This document shows, piece by piece, positions 47,038-59,838 of a DNA stretch of 64,000 nucleotides; the stretch's first letter is position 1, and every line of letters begins with the position of its first letter. Source of the stretch: Tubulanus polymorphus (Eukaryota; Animalia; Nemertea); the NCBI RefSeq assembly GCF_964204645.1, contig NC_134035.1:6719101-6783100 (forward strand), in the 5' to 3' direction. Under the pieces are notes generated by a model. That model searched no databases, was not told where the DNA came from, and saw nothing but the letters and a program-made list of their open reading frames with translations. The translations under genes and the position numbers were made by a program.

Positions 47038-47330
47038 TAAATATAGTAGAAAATTGCATAGCCGGCACTTCAGCTGTGTGGACATGTTCAAATCCCCTTT
47101 TTTTGAAATCAACATCAATTTTTCTAAGACGACTAAATTAAACATACCCGGTTCTGAAAAACTGATTAAGATGATTATTTGAGATTTCCTGTAAACATAT
47201 TAATTGATGATATCTCAACTGCTGAAAAGTGTCTGCAATACTGGTTCTGTTGATGGATACAGCAGTAATTAGTAGAACTGCTGTACCGGTGGCTCAAGTC
47301 CATTATAGCATTGAATATTTCCAGCAGAGA

Positions 47331-47522
47331 TGTGATGGAATATGTCCATCAGTCGTTTTCTATGTTGTAACTAGAGGGTGCTGCCCTCTCTCTCGAAAAT
47401 ACAGAACAATAGGTGATTGTGTTAATATCTTTTGTCCGCCTTTTTACTGGTTTTTGGGCTCTCAGAGTCGATATTTGGAGGAAACTTCTACTGTGGAACA
47501 GGCAGAATAGGACCTCGTTACA
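47331..47522 (+). repeat. 5' LTR (192 bp)
   Basis: TGTGATGGAA...CCTCGTTACA. I see one substitution and one 2 bp CT-repeat indel relative to the 3' LTR. Confidence 0.96.
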
Positions 47523-47524
47523 TC

Positions 47525-47544
47525 TGGTGGCAGCGTAGTGGGAT
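47525..47544 (+). other. Primer binding site, tRNA-Leu type
   Basis: TGGTGGCAGCGTAGTGGGAT is close to the complement of a tRNA-Leu 3' end (ATCCCACCGCTGCCACCA). Confidence 0.75.
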
Positions 47545-47750
47545 TTGATTGTAAAAAACCAGTTGAAATTGAGTTGAAGCGGTGAACACGTTTTTCTCCG
47601 TTTAGTCTGTGTAAATTACGGTTACTTTGCGTACTTTTTACCTACTTCGTTAATTCCTAGTTCATATTTAGTATTGTTTTAGTGCCTGTTTCCCTAATTT
47701 TATTTGCGGTTCTGTATTTTCTGTGTCATTTCTACAATAGAATATCAATT

Positions 47751-48830
47751 ATGTCGGATGTTGAGAATGATGTGTGTGAGCCCTTGGCCTTATCTAGGCC
47801 TATGTCACCAACGGCCGGAGCTGCACATCATGACCTCCTGGTTAGTGGGGAGGGTAACCCCTCGTCAAAACTAAAACGTGGCCGTCCAACGAAGATGAAA
47901 GCTGAAAATTTAAAAACATCTGAGGATTCCATCCTTCAGCGCCTGACTGAAGTGATGGAGAGGGTCGTGACGAGAGATGCATCCACCCCGAAAATGCACA
48001 ATATTCCGGCGCCCAAGCCCTATACCATGGGACACAATTTCCGCGTTTGACTCGAAAGGTTTGACGCGTTCGCTGACCTGGCTCAGATTAGTTCTCGCAT
48101 CAACGGGCGCGAACAGCGTAAATCACACCTGATTATGCGACTTGACCATGAGGCATACCAGGCCGTCTCGAACCTACGTCTCGACTCGAGCCTGTCGGCG
48201 GCTATCATCCCGTTTCCAACAAACAAAGACCGTGGATGACTTTAAGATGTTGTTGAAAGGGAGGGACCAAAAGACCACAGAATCTGTGGAACGCTATGCT
48301 GATGAGTTAGTAGAACTGGCAAGGAACGCGTACCCTGGCATTGCCTTCGAGCTACAGGATGAATTGGCCAAAGACCAATTTCTTAAAGGTAATAGCCTAC
48401 CCGTCTTAGCGAAGCAGTCAATGTATGCGGCCCAGCCAAGTTCGTTGGCTGCAGCAGTCGCTCAAGCACGGACTCTGGAAACAGCGAGACGGTTGACTGA
48501 GGGCACGACTCATAAACAAAAAGTATCCGTTAACCAGACCCAGCTCGACTCGAATAGCTCAGCCATAGCCTAACAACTCGACGAATTGAAATCGATGATG
48601 GGAACGCTGATGGCTCGAGTAGGCCATTTGGAAGCAGTTGTTTCTGGTAGGCCTAATGGTAATCGTCGACCGCTTGCTGATGACAAATGTTAGCGTTGCA
48701 GGGATGCAGACCACCCCAAAAACTTATGCCCACAAGTTAAATGCTATAATTGCGGGGGGAGTGGTCATTATTCAAGTAACTGCCACCTACCTAAGGGAAA
48801 CCAGGGAAACGAGAAGCGGGGTTTTTAGGG
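47751..48830 (+). pseudogene. Gypsy gag, several stops/frameshift
   Basis: QKTTESVERYADELVELARNAYP...KDQFLKG capsid-like segment, and CCHC knuckles (C*RCRDADHPKNLC, CYNCGGSGHYSSNC) at ~48690-48785. Confidence 0.85.
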
Positions 48831-48909
48831 GGGCAATGGAAACCCCATCAGGAAATAGTCCCCCTGTACCGCTGTATATACCCCCCCCGCAAGACGTAGG
48901 AAAAATCGG

Positions 48910-51900
48910 ATGAATATGGCAAATGGCCTAACGTGTGATGCAAGTAGAGATGCACCTATTGATGGTTCCCATCATACTAGCTCCACCACCGTGAGACCAT
49001 CAAACCATATTCAAATGATACCGAGACCATCAAACCATATGCAAACGACGCCTCAAGATGGATATGTGGTTGCTGGCCCGGCATGTGATTCTAGTGGAGA
49101 TACACCTACTGATGGTCCGCATCCTACTAGAACCATCACTGTTAGACCACCACCACATACCCAAAGTATAGAAGAAAATCGACGTGACCCTTCGGAGAAC
49201 AGTGAGGCTCCCAGTCCGGCTACCGAAAACACGTGTCACAAGTTGCGCGACACCAAAGTTCAACCAACAGGAACAGAACCAGCCCAGACAAGCTTAGTTA
49301 CAAACATCGGAACAGTGAGGCTCCACGCCTCGGACCTTTTCTGTGATGCCGTAGTAAATGACCATTCGAAAGCGGTGGTACTCCTGGACACTGGTGCCTC
49401 CTGCACAATCATTAGAGGTTCGGTATGGGACTCTAGTAGCCCGACTGGTGAAGAAGCCGCTGCACTGAGGCCAATCGAAGGAATTGTGACAACGGCTACC
49501 GGTCAGCCAATGGAGTTACGTGGGTTAGCTGAGGTATGTCTGAGAGTTGGAACTGAAGAATTTCATGTCCCCATGATCGTCGGCGAGGATCTGGCACAAG
49601 ACTGCTTACTCGGAAGTGATTTCTTCGAGAAATATGGCTGCAACATAGATTACCGTAACAAAGTGCTCCGCTTCGGAAGCCTCAGCGAGGTGCCTGTCCG
49701 CCAGAGCCCCAAACGTGCGAGTGCTTGCAGGGTGTTCATCAGTAAGAGCCAAATCATTCCAGCTGGATCCGAGGTGGTGGTAAATGGATACATGAAACGG
49801 AGTTATGCTCATAATAATTCGACCTCAGGGATGATCAGCAGCTGTGGACGGAATAATTTCTGCACTGGGAAAACACTGGTGGTACCGGAGGCAAACCAGA
49901 TACCGGTTCGGCTAGCTAACTTCTCGGATGAGTCGACAGGGGCGAGACTATTGGTCTATTCTGCCCCCTACAGTCAGTTGACATCATGACTGTCGACGAC
50001 CATGCTCAAAACCCGTCAACTCCAAAAATCCAGCTGCAGGGTGGTGACAATACTGAATTCATGGACCTCTTGAGAGAATTGAAAATCGACCAGCTTGAAA
50101 TCCCCACTGACATGAAAACACAGCTTGTTGACATCATACGGGAGCAAAAGTCAGTATTCTCGATGGGAGACTTTGACATCGGTCGAACAGATTCGCTTGA
50201 ATTCGAGATTGACACCGGTGACTACCCACCGATAAAACAACATCCCCGTCGGCTACCCCTGGTAGGAGAGCTTTTGTTGAGGGCACGACCAAGGAGCTTT
50301 TAGAACACGACTTGATGCGGCCATCCACCAGCGCGTGGTCAAGCCCAATAGTTTTAGCGAAAAAGGCCGATGGTTCCCTGCGTCTATGCTGCGATTACCG
50401 CCGACTCAATGACGCAACAGTCAAAGACGCTCACCCGTTAGGTAGAATAGACAGTACCCTAGAGGCTTTATCGGGCGCAACCTGGTTCTCGTCCCTCAAT
50501 TTGACCAGCGGATACTGGCAGGAACCGATAAAGGAATCAGACAAACATAAGACCGCATTCACGACTGAAAACCATCTATCTGAGTGGAATGTCATGCCGT
50601 TTGGAGTCTGTAATGCCCCGGCGTCATTCAGCAGACTGATGGCGATGGTACTGGATGATGTTGCATGGAAAACATGCCTTATCTACCTGGATGATGTAGT
50701 GGTGTTTAGTCATGATCTACCAACCCATCTGACGCGATTACAAGAGGTATTTCGTTGCTTTCAGAAAGCCGGTCTCAAGCTTAAACCGAGAAAATGCTCG
50801 CTTTTCCAGCGGCGCCTCAAGTTTTTGGGGCATGTAGTAAGCGAGGCCGGTGTCGAAACCGACGGCGCCAATTGCGATTGAGTCAGAGATTGGCCGACCC
50901 CAACGTCAGTTACCGAACTGCGTAGTTTCCTTGGCCTTGTGACATATTACTCGCAATTCATCAAGGATTTCGCCGACTTGACAGCCCCGCTACACCGCCT
51001 TACGAGGAAAAAATGAACCTTTCGTCTGGACATCCAAGCAACAACTAGCGTTTGACGGACTGACAGAAAAGCTGACCAGCTCCCCTATCCTGGCATTCCC
51101 AGATTTCTCGGAAGGCGCTGGAGAGTTCATTTTGGACTGTGACGCCTCTAACTGGGCTATCGGAGGGGTGCTGTCACAGCTACAACGCGATGGTTTTCAG
51201 AGAGTGATCGAGTACAGTAGCCGCACGCTGAAAGGTGGAGAGGAGAACTACTGTGCCACCAGGCGCGAAATGTTGGCCTTGGTTGACATGATTGATCACT
51301 TCCGCCACCATTTACTAGGCAGGAAATTCAAAGTTCGCACAGACCATGCAGCACTCAAGTGGCTACAAACCTTCAAAAACCCTGAGGGTCAAGTGGCTCG
51401 GTGGCTTGAACGCCTGTCGGAATATGATTTCGTGATCGAACATCGAGCTGGAAGCAAACATTTGAACGCAGACGCCCTGTATCGCATCCCTAAGAGACAG
51501 AGGAAACATGGGGACTGCCCAACTTGTGGTGACACTGGTCCATCTATACACCAGGTGACTGCAAAACATCGGGGCGATTTGACAGCGCACTCCACTGGCT
51601 TGTCCAGGGACAAAATAATCGAGGCGCAAGTAAATGACCCCGAAATATCAGAAATTAGGGAGTTCTTGGCCGGAGATGGGGTCAAGGACAAGAAACGCCT
51701 ACAACGGTGTGGTAGAACAGCGAGGAGCCTCTATAGTCTGGTTGAGCGTCTAGAGCTTTTAGATGGCATTCTTGCGCTTTAAACCACTTCCGGGGGCTAC
51801 CTCAACGAGACACCGAGTGGTACTACCCATTTCACTGACTGATGGAACCATAGGAGTCATACATCAGGGATTTGCGGGGAAACATCTCGGTACCAAAAAG

Positions 51901-52944
51901 ACAGAGTGCAAAATTAGGGAAAGATTCTGGGTATTAGGCCTCTCAGCTAGGGTCAGGGATTTTGTCCGGGGCTGCAAAACTTGCCAAGAGTGCAAGTCCC
52001 CGTCCAAACTTCCAAAAGCCCCAATGATGTCTACACCAGTAGGGCGACGCTTCCAGCGTGTACATGTAGACATTGTGGGCCCACTACCGAGATCCCGCCG
52101 TGGCAACGTCTACATTCTAGTCGCTCAAGATGCATTCACTAAGTGGCCCGAAGCATGGCCAATTCGCACGGAAAAGGCCTCCGTGGTGGCACGTGCCCTT
52201 GTGAACGAGTTGGTCACCCGTTATGGCTGCCCTGAATCCATCCACTCGGACAAAGGCGCGAACTTCGAGTCGAAAGTTTTCATGGAGATGTGTAGGATCT
52301 TGGCTATTGAAAAGACCAGAACCACTGCCTACCATCCTATGGGCAATGAGCAGGTGGAAAATTTCAATAAGTCCCTGAAAGCCATGCTGACTACAGCCGT
52401 CAATGAGTGTGGAACAAACTGGGACGAACAACTACCTGCGTGTTTGATGGCATTTTGTTCAAGCTTCCAGCACTCCACTCTTGAAACGCCGTTCTACTTG
52501 ATGTACGCCGAGGAAATGTCACTCCCACCAATCGACATCAGTGTAGGCTTGCCCGAGGACCACCAACCAAGAACTAAGTATGGCATGGACCTCTCTGACC
52601 GCCTCACTAAGTCACACAACACTGTTCGTGATCGACTAGTGATGGCACAAAGGCGTCAGAAAATCGACTATGACCGTTTCGCAAAACGCGGGGGTTACAT
52701 GGTCGGGGATCGCGTGTGGCTGGTGAGCCATTTCTTGAAAAAGGACGAGGCATCTAAGTTCCACCGGAAATGGAAAGGGCCTTACGTCGTGACCGAGAGA
52801 CTATCGGAGGTGAATTACAGGGTTGTCCTGGAACAAGGCGCCGATCCGAGGGCAGTGAAGAGAGAGCGGGTTGTGCACTTCAATGATATGAAACCTTGCT
52901 TCCTGTCTAGTGAGACCGTGACCATAGGTCATAAAAAAACCTAG
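48910..52944 (+). pseudogene. Gypsy pol (protease, RT, RNase H, integrase), fragmented by frameshifts and stops
   Basis: LLDTGAS (protease); WSSPIVL...RLCCDYRRLN, MPFG and YLDD (RT); DCDASNWAIGGVL...TDHAAL (RNase H); H..H..CKTC, VDIVGP, HSDKG, VENFN and GPY (integrase). Confidence 0.93.
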
Positions 52945-53700
52945 ACAGGAACCAGTTAAAACGACCGATCCTGAGGAGCAACCAACCCTCAATGACGTCG
53001 AGGGGGGAGGGAGATGAAGACTGTGTCTGGACACGGTCACACCCCGAGACAACGGCGGTTATTCAAGAACCTCTTGTAACAAACCCTACCCAAAACCATC
53101 GCGAGCCTCCTACTCAAAACCGCTCCAAGCCTGGGCATTTGAACATTACAGACACTGAGGGGCACAGAACACTCAGGCCCAGAGTAGGGATCAGGCGCCC
53201 TAGTCGGTTCGTAAACTCATGTACAGTCAACAACGATGATTCGCTAGCCAACCAAAATAGGGCCTCAGACCCTTTGGTGGATACAAACACAGCTATAGGA
53301 CCTCCAGTCGCCTTGGACAAGATTGAGCAGAACAGCATTTTTGATATAGAACTGATCCAAAATTGCCAGAAATGTCGTGAAGTTCGGTCCCGGATTAACA
53401 TGAGGAAAGGCTACTGGTTAGAAATGGGCCGGTACCTTAAATCAAAGGGTTAAATCCTATATATATAGATACCCTTGTATATAAAACCCTATATATATAT
53501 ATTTACTTAGTTTTAGTAGACAGTTTATTATCATTTGTAACTGGTGGTAACTAGGATTTCAGACCCCTTGTACCTCCTGATGGTATGCTTGGGACCACCC
53601 ACCTTACATTATACGGGTGGTATCTGAATGAATAAAATCTCCGCCATTTAGTCTTGTCGTTACAGCCAACTCATGTTTTGAACTATTTATCGTTTCTAGC

Positions 53701-55594
53701 ATGGACTGTATCGAGTTAGACCAGTTATCTAGCCTCCACGAGGCGACACAGACCCTTAAACGACAGGTCTCGAAAGAAGTCTGTTCCACCCTTCACAGAC
53801 AGGACAAGACCCTCAGTAAATTGAGAGCCAAGATGGGCAGACTTTATAACTCTGCCGTAGAACAGTCGTTTGTGGAGGATCCTGGTCGCATAGTAACCGA
53901 TGCGGTAGTAACCGGTCTCAAGACGACAAAGACCCGACGTTATCGGCCAAAGATGAGCAGAGCTGCATTTGAGTACATCAGCCAGGAACTAGTGAATGCC
54001 TTGGCCGAATGTGGTGGCGACTCGTCACACATCTGGCCGAAATTTGAAGACTTGAAACAGAGGGCCGTTGAGGACTTACCAATCGTGTTGCTGGGATACT
54101 CAATGTTTACGGGGCTAAAGGCCAGCGGCGGTTTGATTCCGATTTGCCACCCTGGTGAACGACTCGGTGATTTGTTGGAGTACCTCCCACATGTATCCTT
54201 TAGGGCAAGAGCGATTGTGGTCACGCATGGTATTGTTCCGCGGTCCCTTTCTCTATTGTCTTTTTCCTCTATTACAAACTCCGGTCCCTGGCGAGAAAGT
54301 CGACCACGAACACAGAAACCCGAAAACCAAGGAATAAGAGGAACTCCGGATTTAAATATGATAATACTCAACTTTTATTCTAACAATTTAATCTTTACTT
54401 TAGTCTCAACAATTTATAAAATTCCCTACCATTTAATTTTGAATTTTGTTATAAATCCCACACACAAGAAGATACAATTCAACCGGATAGCCGAAAGTTA
54501 TCTGTTCTATAGTCTTCTAATGCTTCCCCTGAAAATGCTCTCTAAAATAGTCCGCTCTCTCTCGAGGTGCGGCCCCTTTTATACGGCTGCGTCCACACCC
54601 AAGAAAAATCCAGAACCCTGCTTGCGGCCAGCCGTAAAAGGGAACGAGCAACCAACGCAGCACCACGACGCAGAGCTGGAGTCCTGATTCTAAGAGTTTT
54701 CATTTGCTGCTAACTTTAACCCGACCCTCGACATCATGATACCTGCCGGTCTGCTCTCCTCAACCGCACCGAAGAGATTACATACTATTTTTCCAACCCT
54801 CGAACTCATTTATTTTAACTTATCTAATGGACACAATTCCCATAATGAACGGTATTTAATTTTGTCTAAATAGTAATATACAATGTAAGCCGAAATATCA
54901 TCTTTCTTATTTATATTCTTTATCATCATTAGTACATTCAAAATTAAACACACAAACTCTTATTAATTAAAATAATTAATATAATAATAATTTAATTTTA
55001 CTCTTTATTATCGATTTATCGGACTAAGGGTCAGCGAGTGTTTCATAAGTTTATTTCATAATTGCTCATTTCCACGAATTCTTCTCATGACTACAGCGCC
55101 GTGATTACCTTCAAATGATTTAGAATGCTCGTCTGATACAAGTATAAATGTTTCAGACAAACAACCATTAAGGCGGATAATGTATTATCGTACATAACGA
55201 AACAATGCGTGTGTTCTCCCAGGACATGCCAAGAAACCTACGAATATAAATCGTTTGATCTTTTTGAAAGTACAATTCAGCTGCGGATCAGTATGAACCA
55301 TGTCGGCGATTATGGCAGGACGACACAGGAGTTTGCGGAAGTTTTGGCCTACTCAAGGGCAAGCACCCTTCTGTTCCCCTTTTCCACCTACAGACCCCTG
55401 TCCCTCCTTGCTGGCGTGGTGACCACAATCGGGTAAACAACATCAACCGGGTTAACGTCTTCGCCCTCCGTGCCGGGTTCCAACAGGCCGATCATCCAGA
55501 TATCCCGGATTCTGATTTTGTGGGGATCCACTACAAAAAGTCGGCCATGCACTATGTCTGTCGGGAAATAATCCGTATGGTAGATCGCGTCTGA
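53701..55594 (+). pseudogene. Extra Gypsy ORF: coiled coil + SGNH/GDSL esterase-like domain, split by a ~1.04 kb insertion (~54235-55273)
   Basis: IVLLGYSMF (GDS-like block I), CHPG (block II), IVVTHGI|NS (block III, restored across the insertion), and DFVGIHY near the C-terminus. The downstream part 55274-55594 is open to TGA. Confidence 0.55.
54234..55274 (-). mobile_element. ~1.04 kb insertion, possibly a solo LTR
   Basis: TGT...ACA ends, - strand TATAAAAGGGG at ~54573-54583, AT-rich. No clear TSD found. Confidence 0.4.
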
Positions 55595-56114
55595 ATGTGT
55601 TTCCTTCGGTACCTAACGATTGTTCACCTGGAGTCGCTTATTCTTTGTAATGTTAGTGACAAAAAGCCATTCAGTCCAAATACTACCACACGTGACCCCC
55701 CAGATGTAGCACACCCTATTGCGAACAGTTTCTTTCCGTTTTCTTTTGATTGTATTTTTCAGCTTCCCAGGACGAGGAACAGTGGCAGAGGGGCAAGCCA
55801 AGTGCAGTGTCCATTGGCCGTATCTACCTTTTGATGGTATAGATATTTTTGGTTAGACACTACACTTAGGTGTGCCCCGAAAACAAACCACAAACCATTA
55901 GTGGAGATCAAAAGCTGCATGTATCATGATCACTGAGATGCAGCCCGGATGCGAAACAACGACTACGCCGTGTTAGATGTCTGCTGTTATCCAGAGCCGA
56001 GAAGTTTGGAGCTTAATATTGTAAAATAAAGACTATAATTGTTTAAATTTGCGTAGATATTTTGACTATATATTCCTGTTAAAATAGGAGTTTGAACAAG
56101 TTGAAGGGGGGTGG

Positions 56115-56308
56115 TGTGATGGAATATGTCCATCAGTCGTTTTCTATGTTGTAACTGGAGGGTGCTGCCCTCTCTCTCTCGAAAATACAGAACAATAGGT
56201 GATTGTGTTAATATCTTTTGTCCGCCTTTTTACTGGTTTTTGGGCTCTCAGAGTCGATATTTGGAGGAAACTTCTACTGTGGAACAGGCAGAATAGGACC
56301 TCGTTACA
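56115..56308 (+). repeat. 3' LTR (194 bp)
   Basis: Follows the PPT and is followed by the TSD GAGA. Confidence 0.96.
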
Positions 56309-56389
56309 GAGACTTATCACATTGGACTGGTATTTGGAATTAATGCGCCAATATTGGACTGATTGAATCTTACGACATTACGCCATAGG

Positions 56390-57678
56390 GACGTGCGAAC
56401 TTACCGACAAACCGACGAACCGACAAATCCGTGCACTTATATAAAGCGGCTGGAAGCGAGGGGCTGCGTGCTTGCGTGGATTACCCGTATATAAAGTGGC
56501 TGGGATCGAGGAGCTGGGTATGTACCTGGATTATCCTTGTATAAATTGGCTGGGATCGAGGGGCTGTGTGGTGCATGGATTACCCTTATATAAAATGGCT
56601 GGGATCGAGGGGCTGGGTATATGCGTGGATTACCCGCCGATTACCCTCATATAAAGTGGCTAGGATCGAGGGGCTGCGTGGTTGCGTGGATTACCCTTAT
56701 ATGATGTGGCTGGGATTGAGGGGCTGGACGTATCGGCCCCACTCCGCGCGGTTGCGCCACCGTGCGGTATTTACGCGAAGCAGCAGAACACAAACACGGC
56801 CACTCTCAATTTTCAATGATAGAAATCGTGTGTGCATTTCAATTATTTCGGCTGTTAGGGTTTTAAGGCACAATATAAGTTGATGATGTGATATAGCGAT
56901 GTTAATTAATGATAATTCCGCAGTGAAGCTAGTCACGAACGGTGCCGATTGAGTGTACAGCTGCCAAAAACACTGAAATGTGCGTAGTCGCGTAACTATT
57001 TGCAGTGAATTGCAGACGAAACATGAAGCCATAACGGCCGTTTAAAAAAAATTATACCAAGCGCAATTGTAAAATAAAAATGAAATAGAACCTAAGTTAA
57101 AATTCTGGCCATTTCTAAAATGTTATCATTAATTTCTAGTCAGTGCGGAACGTTTAGTTTTCCAACAATAATGAGGGGTGGTAGGTAGTCATACAATTCA
57201 AGTCATCATTTATTACACGTTACTTCCGTGTTGTTGAAAATTTCGCGAGTCCTGGACCAAACCCCAATGAACAATGTGATCTGTCTGCTGGCCACAAATG
57301 CACACAGATCACACTACTCTACCCATTACACACTCCAGTACCCACAGCTTTCATATATCCATCCAAATATTTAGTGTCTTTCTTCCTGGGTGTTTGCGTG
57401 GATTACCCTCATATAAAGTGGCTAGGATCGAGGGGCTGTGTGTTTGCGTGGATTACCCTTATACAAAGTGGCTGGGATTGAGGGTCTGGGTGTTTGCGTG
57501 GATTACCCTCATATAAAGTGGCTAGGATCGAGGGACAGGGTTTTTTCGTGGATTACCCGCGGCTGGATCGAGGGACTGCGAATAATGTCGGTTTGTCGGT
57601 ATGTCGGTTTGTCGGTATGTCGGTATGTCGGTTCGTCGGTATGTCGGTTCGTCGGATTGTCTTGAAAAGTACGCAGCC
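56390..57678. repeat. MITE-like element with a ~43 bp minisatellite core and inverted ACCGACAA / TTGTCGGT subterminal repeats
   Basis: Unit GTGGATTACCCTTATATAAAGTGGCTGGGATCGAGGGGCTG recurs about ten times and is interrupted by 56728-57385. Confidence 0.75.
56728..57385. mobile_element. ~660 bp dispersed repeat flanked by CTGG direct repeats (copy 2)
   Basis: Homologous to 14502-15170. Removing it with one CTGG restores a minisatellite unit. Confidence 0.8.
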
Positions 57679-57874
57679 GAATTACTCTATCTTTGAGCGG
57701 GGAACTATTCCACGCTATACTGGACTTGAACCGTACCGGTACGTTTTTGGTGGATATCCATATATAGGCCTAAGTACATTACCTATTGCTGTCACAGGAA
57801 CTAAAAAAGAAAACGTGAACGTGATAAGTTTTTGAAATTATCATTTTTGGTTGACGTATTAATAGCCCTCTTCC

Positions 57875-58961
57875 GGTTCAACTCCAGAATAGGTCAAAAT
57901 AGTTCCATCGTGCAGGGTTTTCTCAAATGAGGGGATAGGTTCGGTTTCAAATTGCCGCCAGAAACCTGATTGTCGACCATTTCTCGGGTCGGCAATCGGC
58001 AATCAGAAACCAATCACCCACAGCATCTATTTCACCTTCACAATCGCAGCATCTATATCGCCATCACAATCACAGCATCTATATCACCCTCACAATCACA
58101 ACATCTATATCGCCCTCACAATCACAGCATCTATATCGCCCTCACAATCACAGCATCTATATCGCCCTCACAATCACAGCATCTATATCGCCCTCACAAT
58201 CACAACATCTATATCGCCCTCACAATCACAACATATATATCACCCTCACAATCACAATTGCATCTATTTCACCCTCACAATCGCAGCATCTATATCGCCA
58301 TCACAATCGCAGCATCTATATCACCCTCACAATCACAGCATCTATATCGCCCTCGCAATCACCATTCTGAAAGCTTACAGGATTTGCTAGGCCCTAACAC
58401 AACCGGATTCACAACTTGATGAGCAACGCAATAACTCGGTTTCAACACCAATTTAAACTCCTTATTATATCTCAGTTGAATGGGTTGTTCAATTGATAGT
58501 TTTCTGAATTATTTTCTGATATATTTTCTGAACATAGAATATATAACTCTGCAAAAGTTTTACTTTTTTCTGAAATGTTGACGAGAATGACCAGAATATA
58601 TCACCGACTATCCACTATCAGGTTTCTGATTGCCGATTGCCGACCCGAGAAATGGTCGACAATCGGGTTTCTGATTGCCGATTGTCGATTGCCGACCCGA
58701 GAAATGGTCGACAATCGGGTTTCTGATTGCCGATTGTCGATTGCCGACCCGAGAAATGGTCGACAATCGGGTTTCTGATTGCCGATTGTCGATTGCTGAC
58801 CCGAGAAATGGTCGACTATCAGGTTTCTGATTGCCGATTGTCGACTTCTGAAAATTACTTCACATGCCTCTTTCTATCGATCTGCGCGTGTTAATACTTT
58901 TCTCAGTGAAAATGTTGGAACCAACCCGCAGATCTACTTTTACCTGTTCTGGAGTTGAGCC
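57875..58961. mobile_element. Merlin-like MITE copy 2 (inverted, longer) containing two minisatellites
   Basis: Same TIRs as 17749-18198. 26 bp unit CACAATCACAGCATCTATATCGCCCT at ~58015-58360 and ~51 bp unit at ~58615-58847. Confidence 0.75.
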
Positions 58962-59838
58962 GGCCTTCCTAACTTGGGTTGGCTCAACTCCAGAACAGAC
59001 GATAAAGGCATATAACAAAACTTGTAGACGTCGATCCAACGTCATGTTTCAGCAGAAACCATGGTATTCAGCAGCAATTAACTTTTTTCTTGAACGCTGA
59101 GAAAAGGGGAGCAGTGTCCAACATCACATTGGTCAGATCAGATCAGGCATAGGTTTTTTACTAGGACGTTTCGAAAAAATGAAGCCCTGGGTCCGGTTTC
59201 ATGAAAAAGTTTAAGCTTAAATTAGTTAAGTTTGAATTATTGTCCTCATTGAAAACACGAAGTAACCAATGGCGATTACACTAAAAAATTGAGTTAAACT
59301 TTTTCGTGAAACTGGATCCAGGAGGTACATATGCATTTTCATGGAGATTTCAAACTTCTTGACTTCAAAATCCTCTATTTCGCTGGTGGTTCATTTTGAC
59401 CTTCAGACGAACATAAATAAGTGTCAGTGTAGGTGACAAATGGATTTACATTATGACCGGTGCCGGGATACGAAACAAACCAAGACCACGCACTTATTGT
59501 GTTCTTTCTTCCCTGCTTTCGAGTTTGAATTCTATTCGTAATTGCATAAATACATGCTAGATAGAAAACAAATCTTTTTCATAAACGACAAAATTATCAG
59601 ACATCCGTGTAGTTTTTCATTGACATGACCACGATTCAAAAGCTAACTAACTTTTGCAAATGCAAACTTTTTAATGATCTTTTTATTCGCACAAATATAT
59701 CAGTTTTAAAACATACAAATAAAATGATAAAAGATTCAAATCATCTTGGCACAATCAATCGGAGGCAGGGATTCGAACCAAGTAGTTACAATGAGAACAT
59801 TATCCTTTTATTTATATGCAGCTGATAAAGTTGATCTC

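Larger units (their letters stand above)
47331..56308 (+). mobile_element. Ty3/Gypsy LTR retrotransposon, full length but coding-defective
   Basis: LTRs 47331-47522 and 56115-56308 (TG...CA), 4 bp TSD GAGA, PBS at 47525, PPT GAAGGGGGGTGG at 56103-56114, domain order gag-PR-RT-RH-IN. Confidence 0.97.

Noticed and set aside
54230-55270. GT...AG intron explaining the interruption of the esterase-like ORF
   Set aside because: Splicing at these sites gives an out-of-frame product that stops within a few codons.
57970-58419. 149 aa ORF with SQSQHLY repeats
   Set aside because: Translation of a 26 bp minisatellite inside a MITE.
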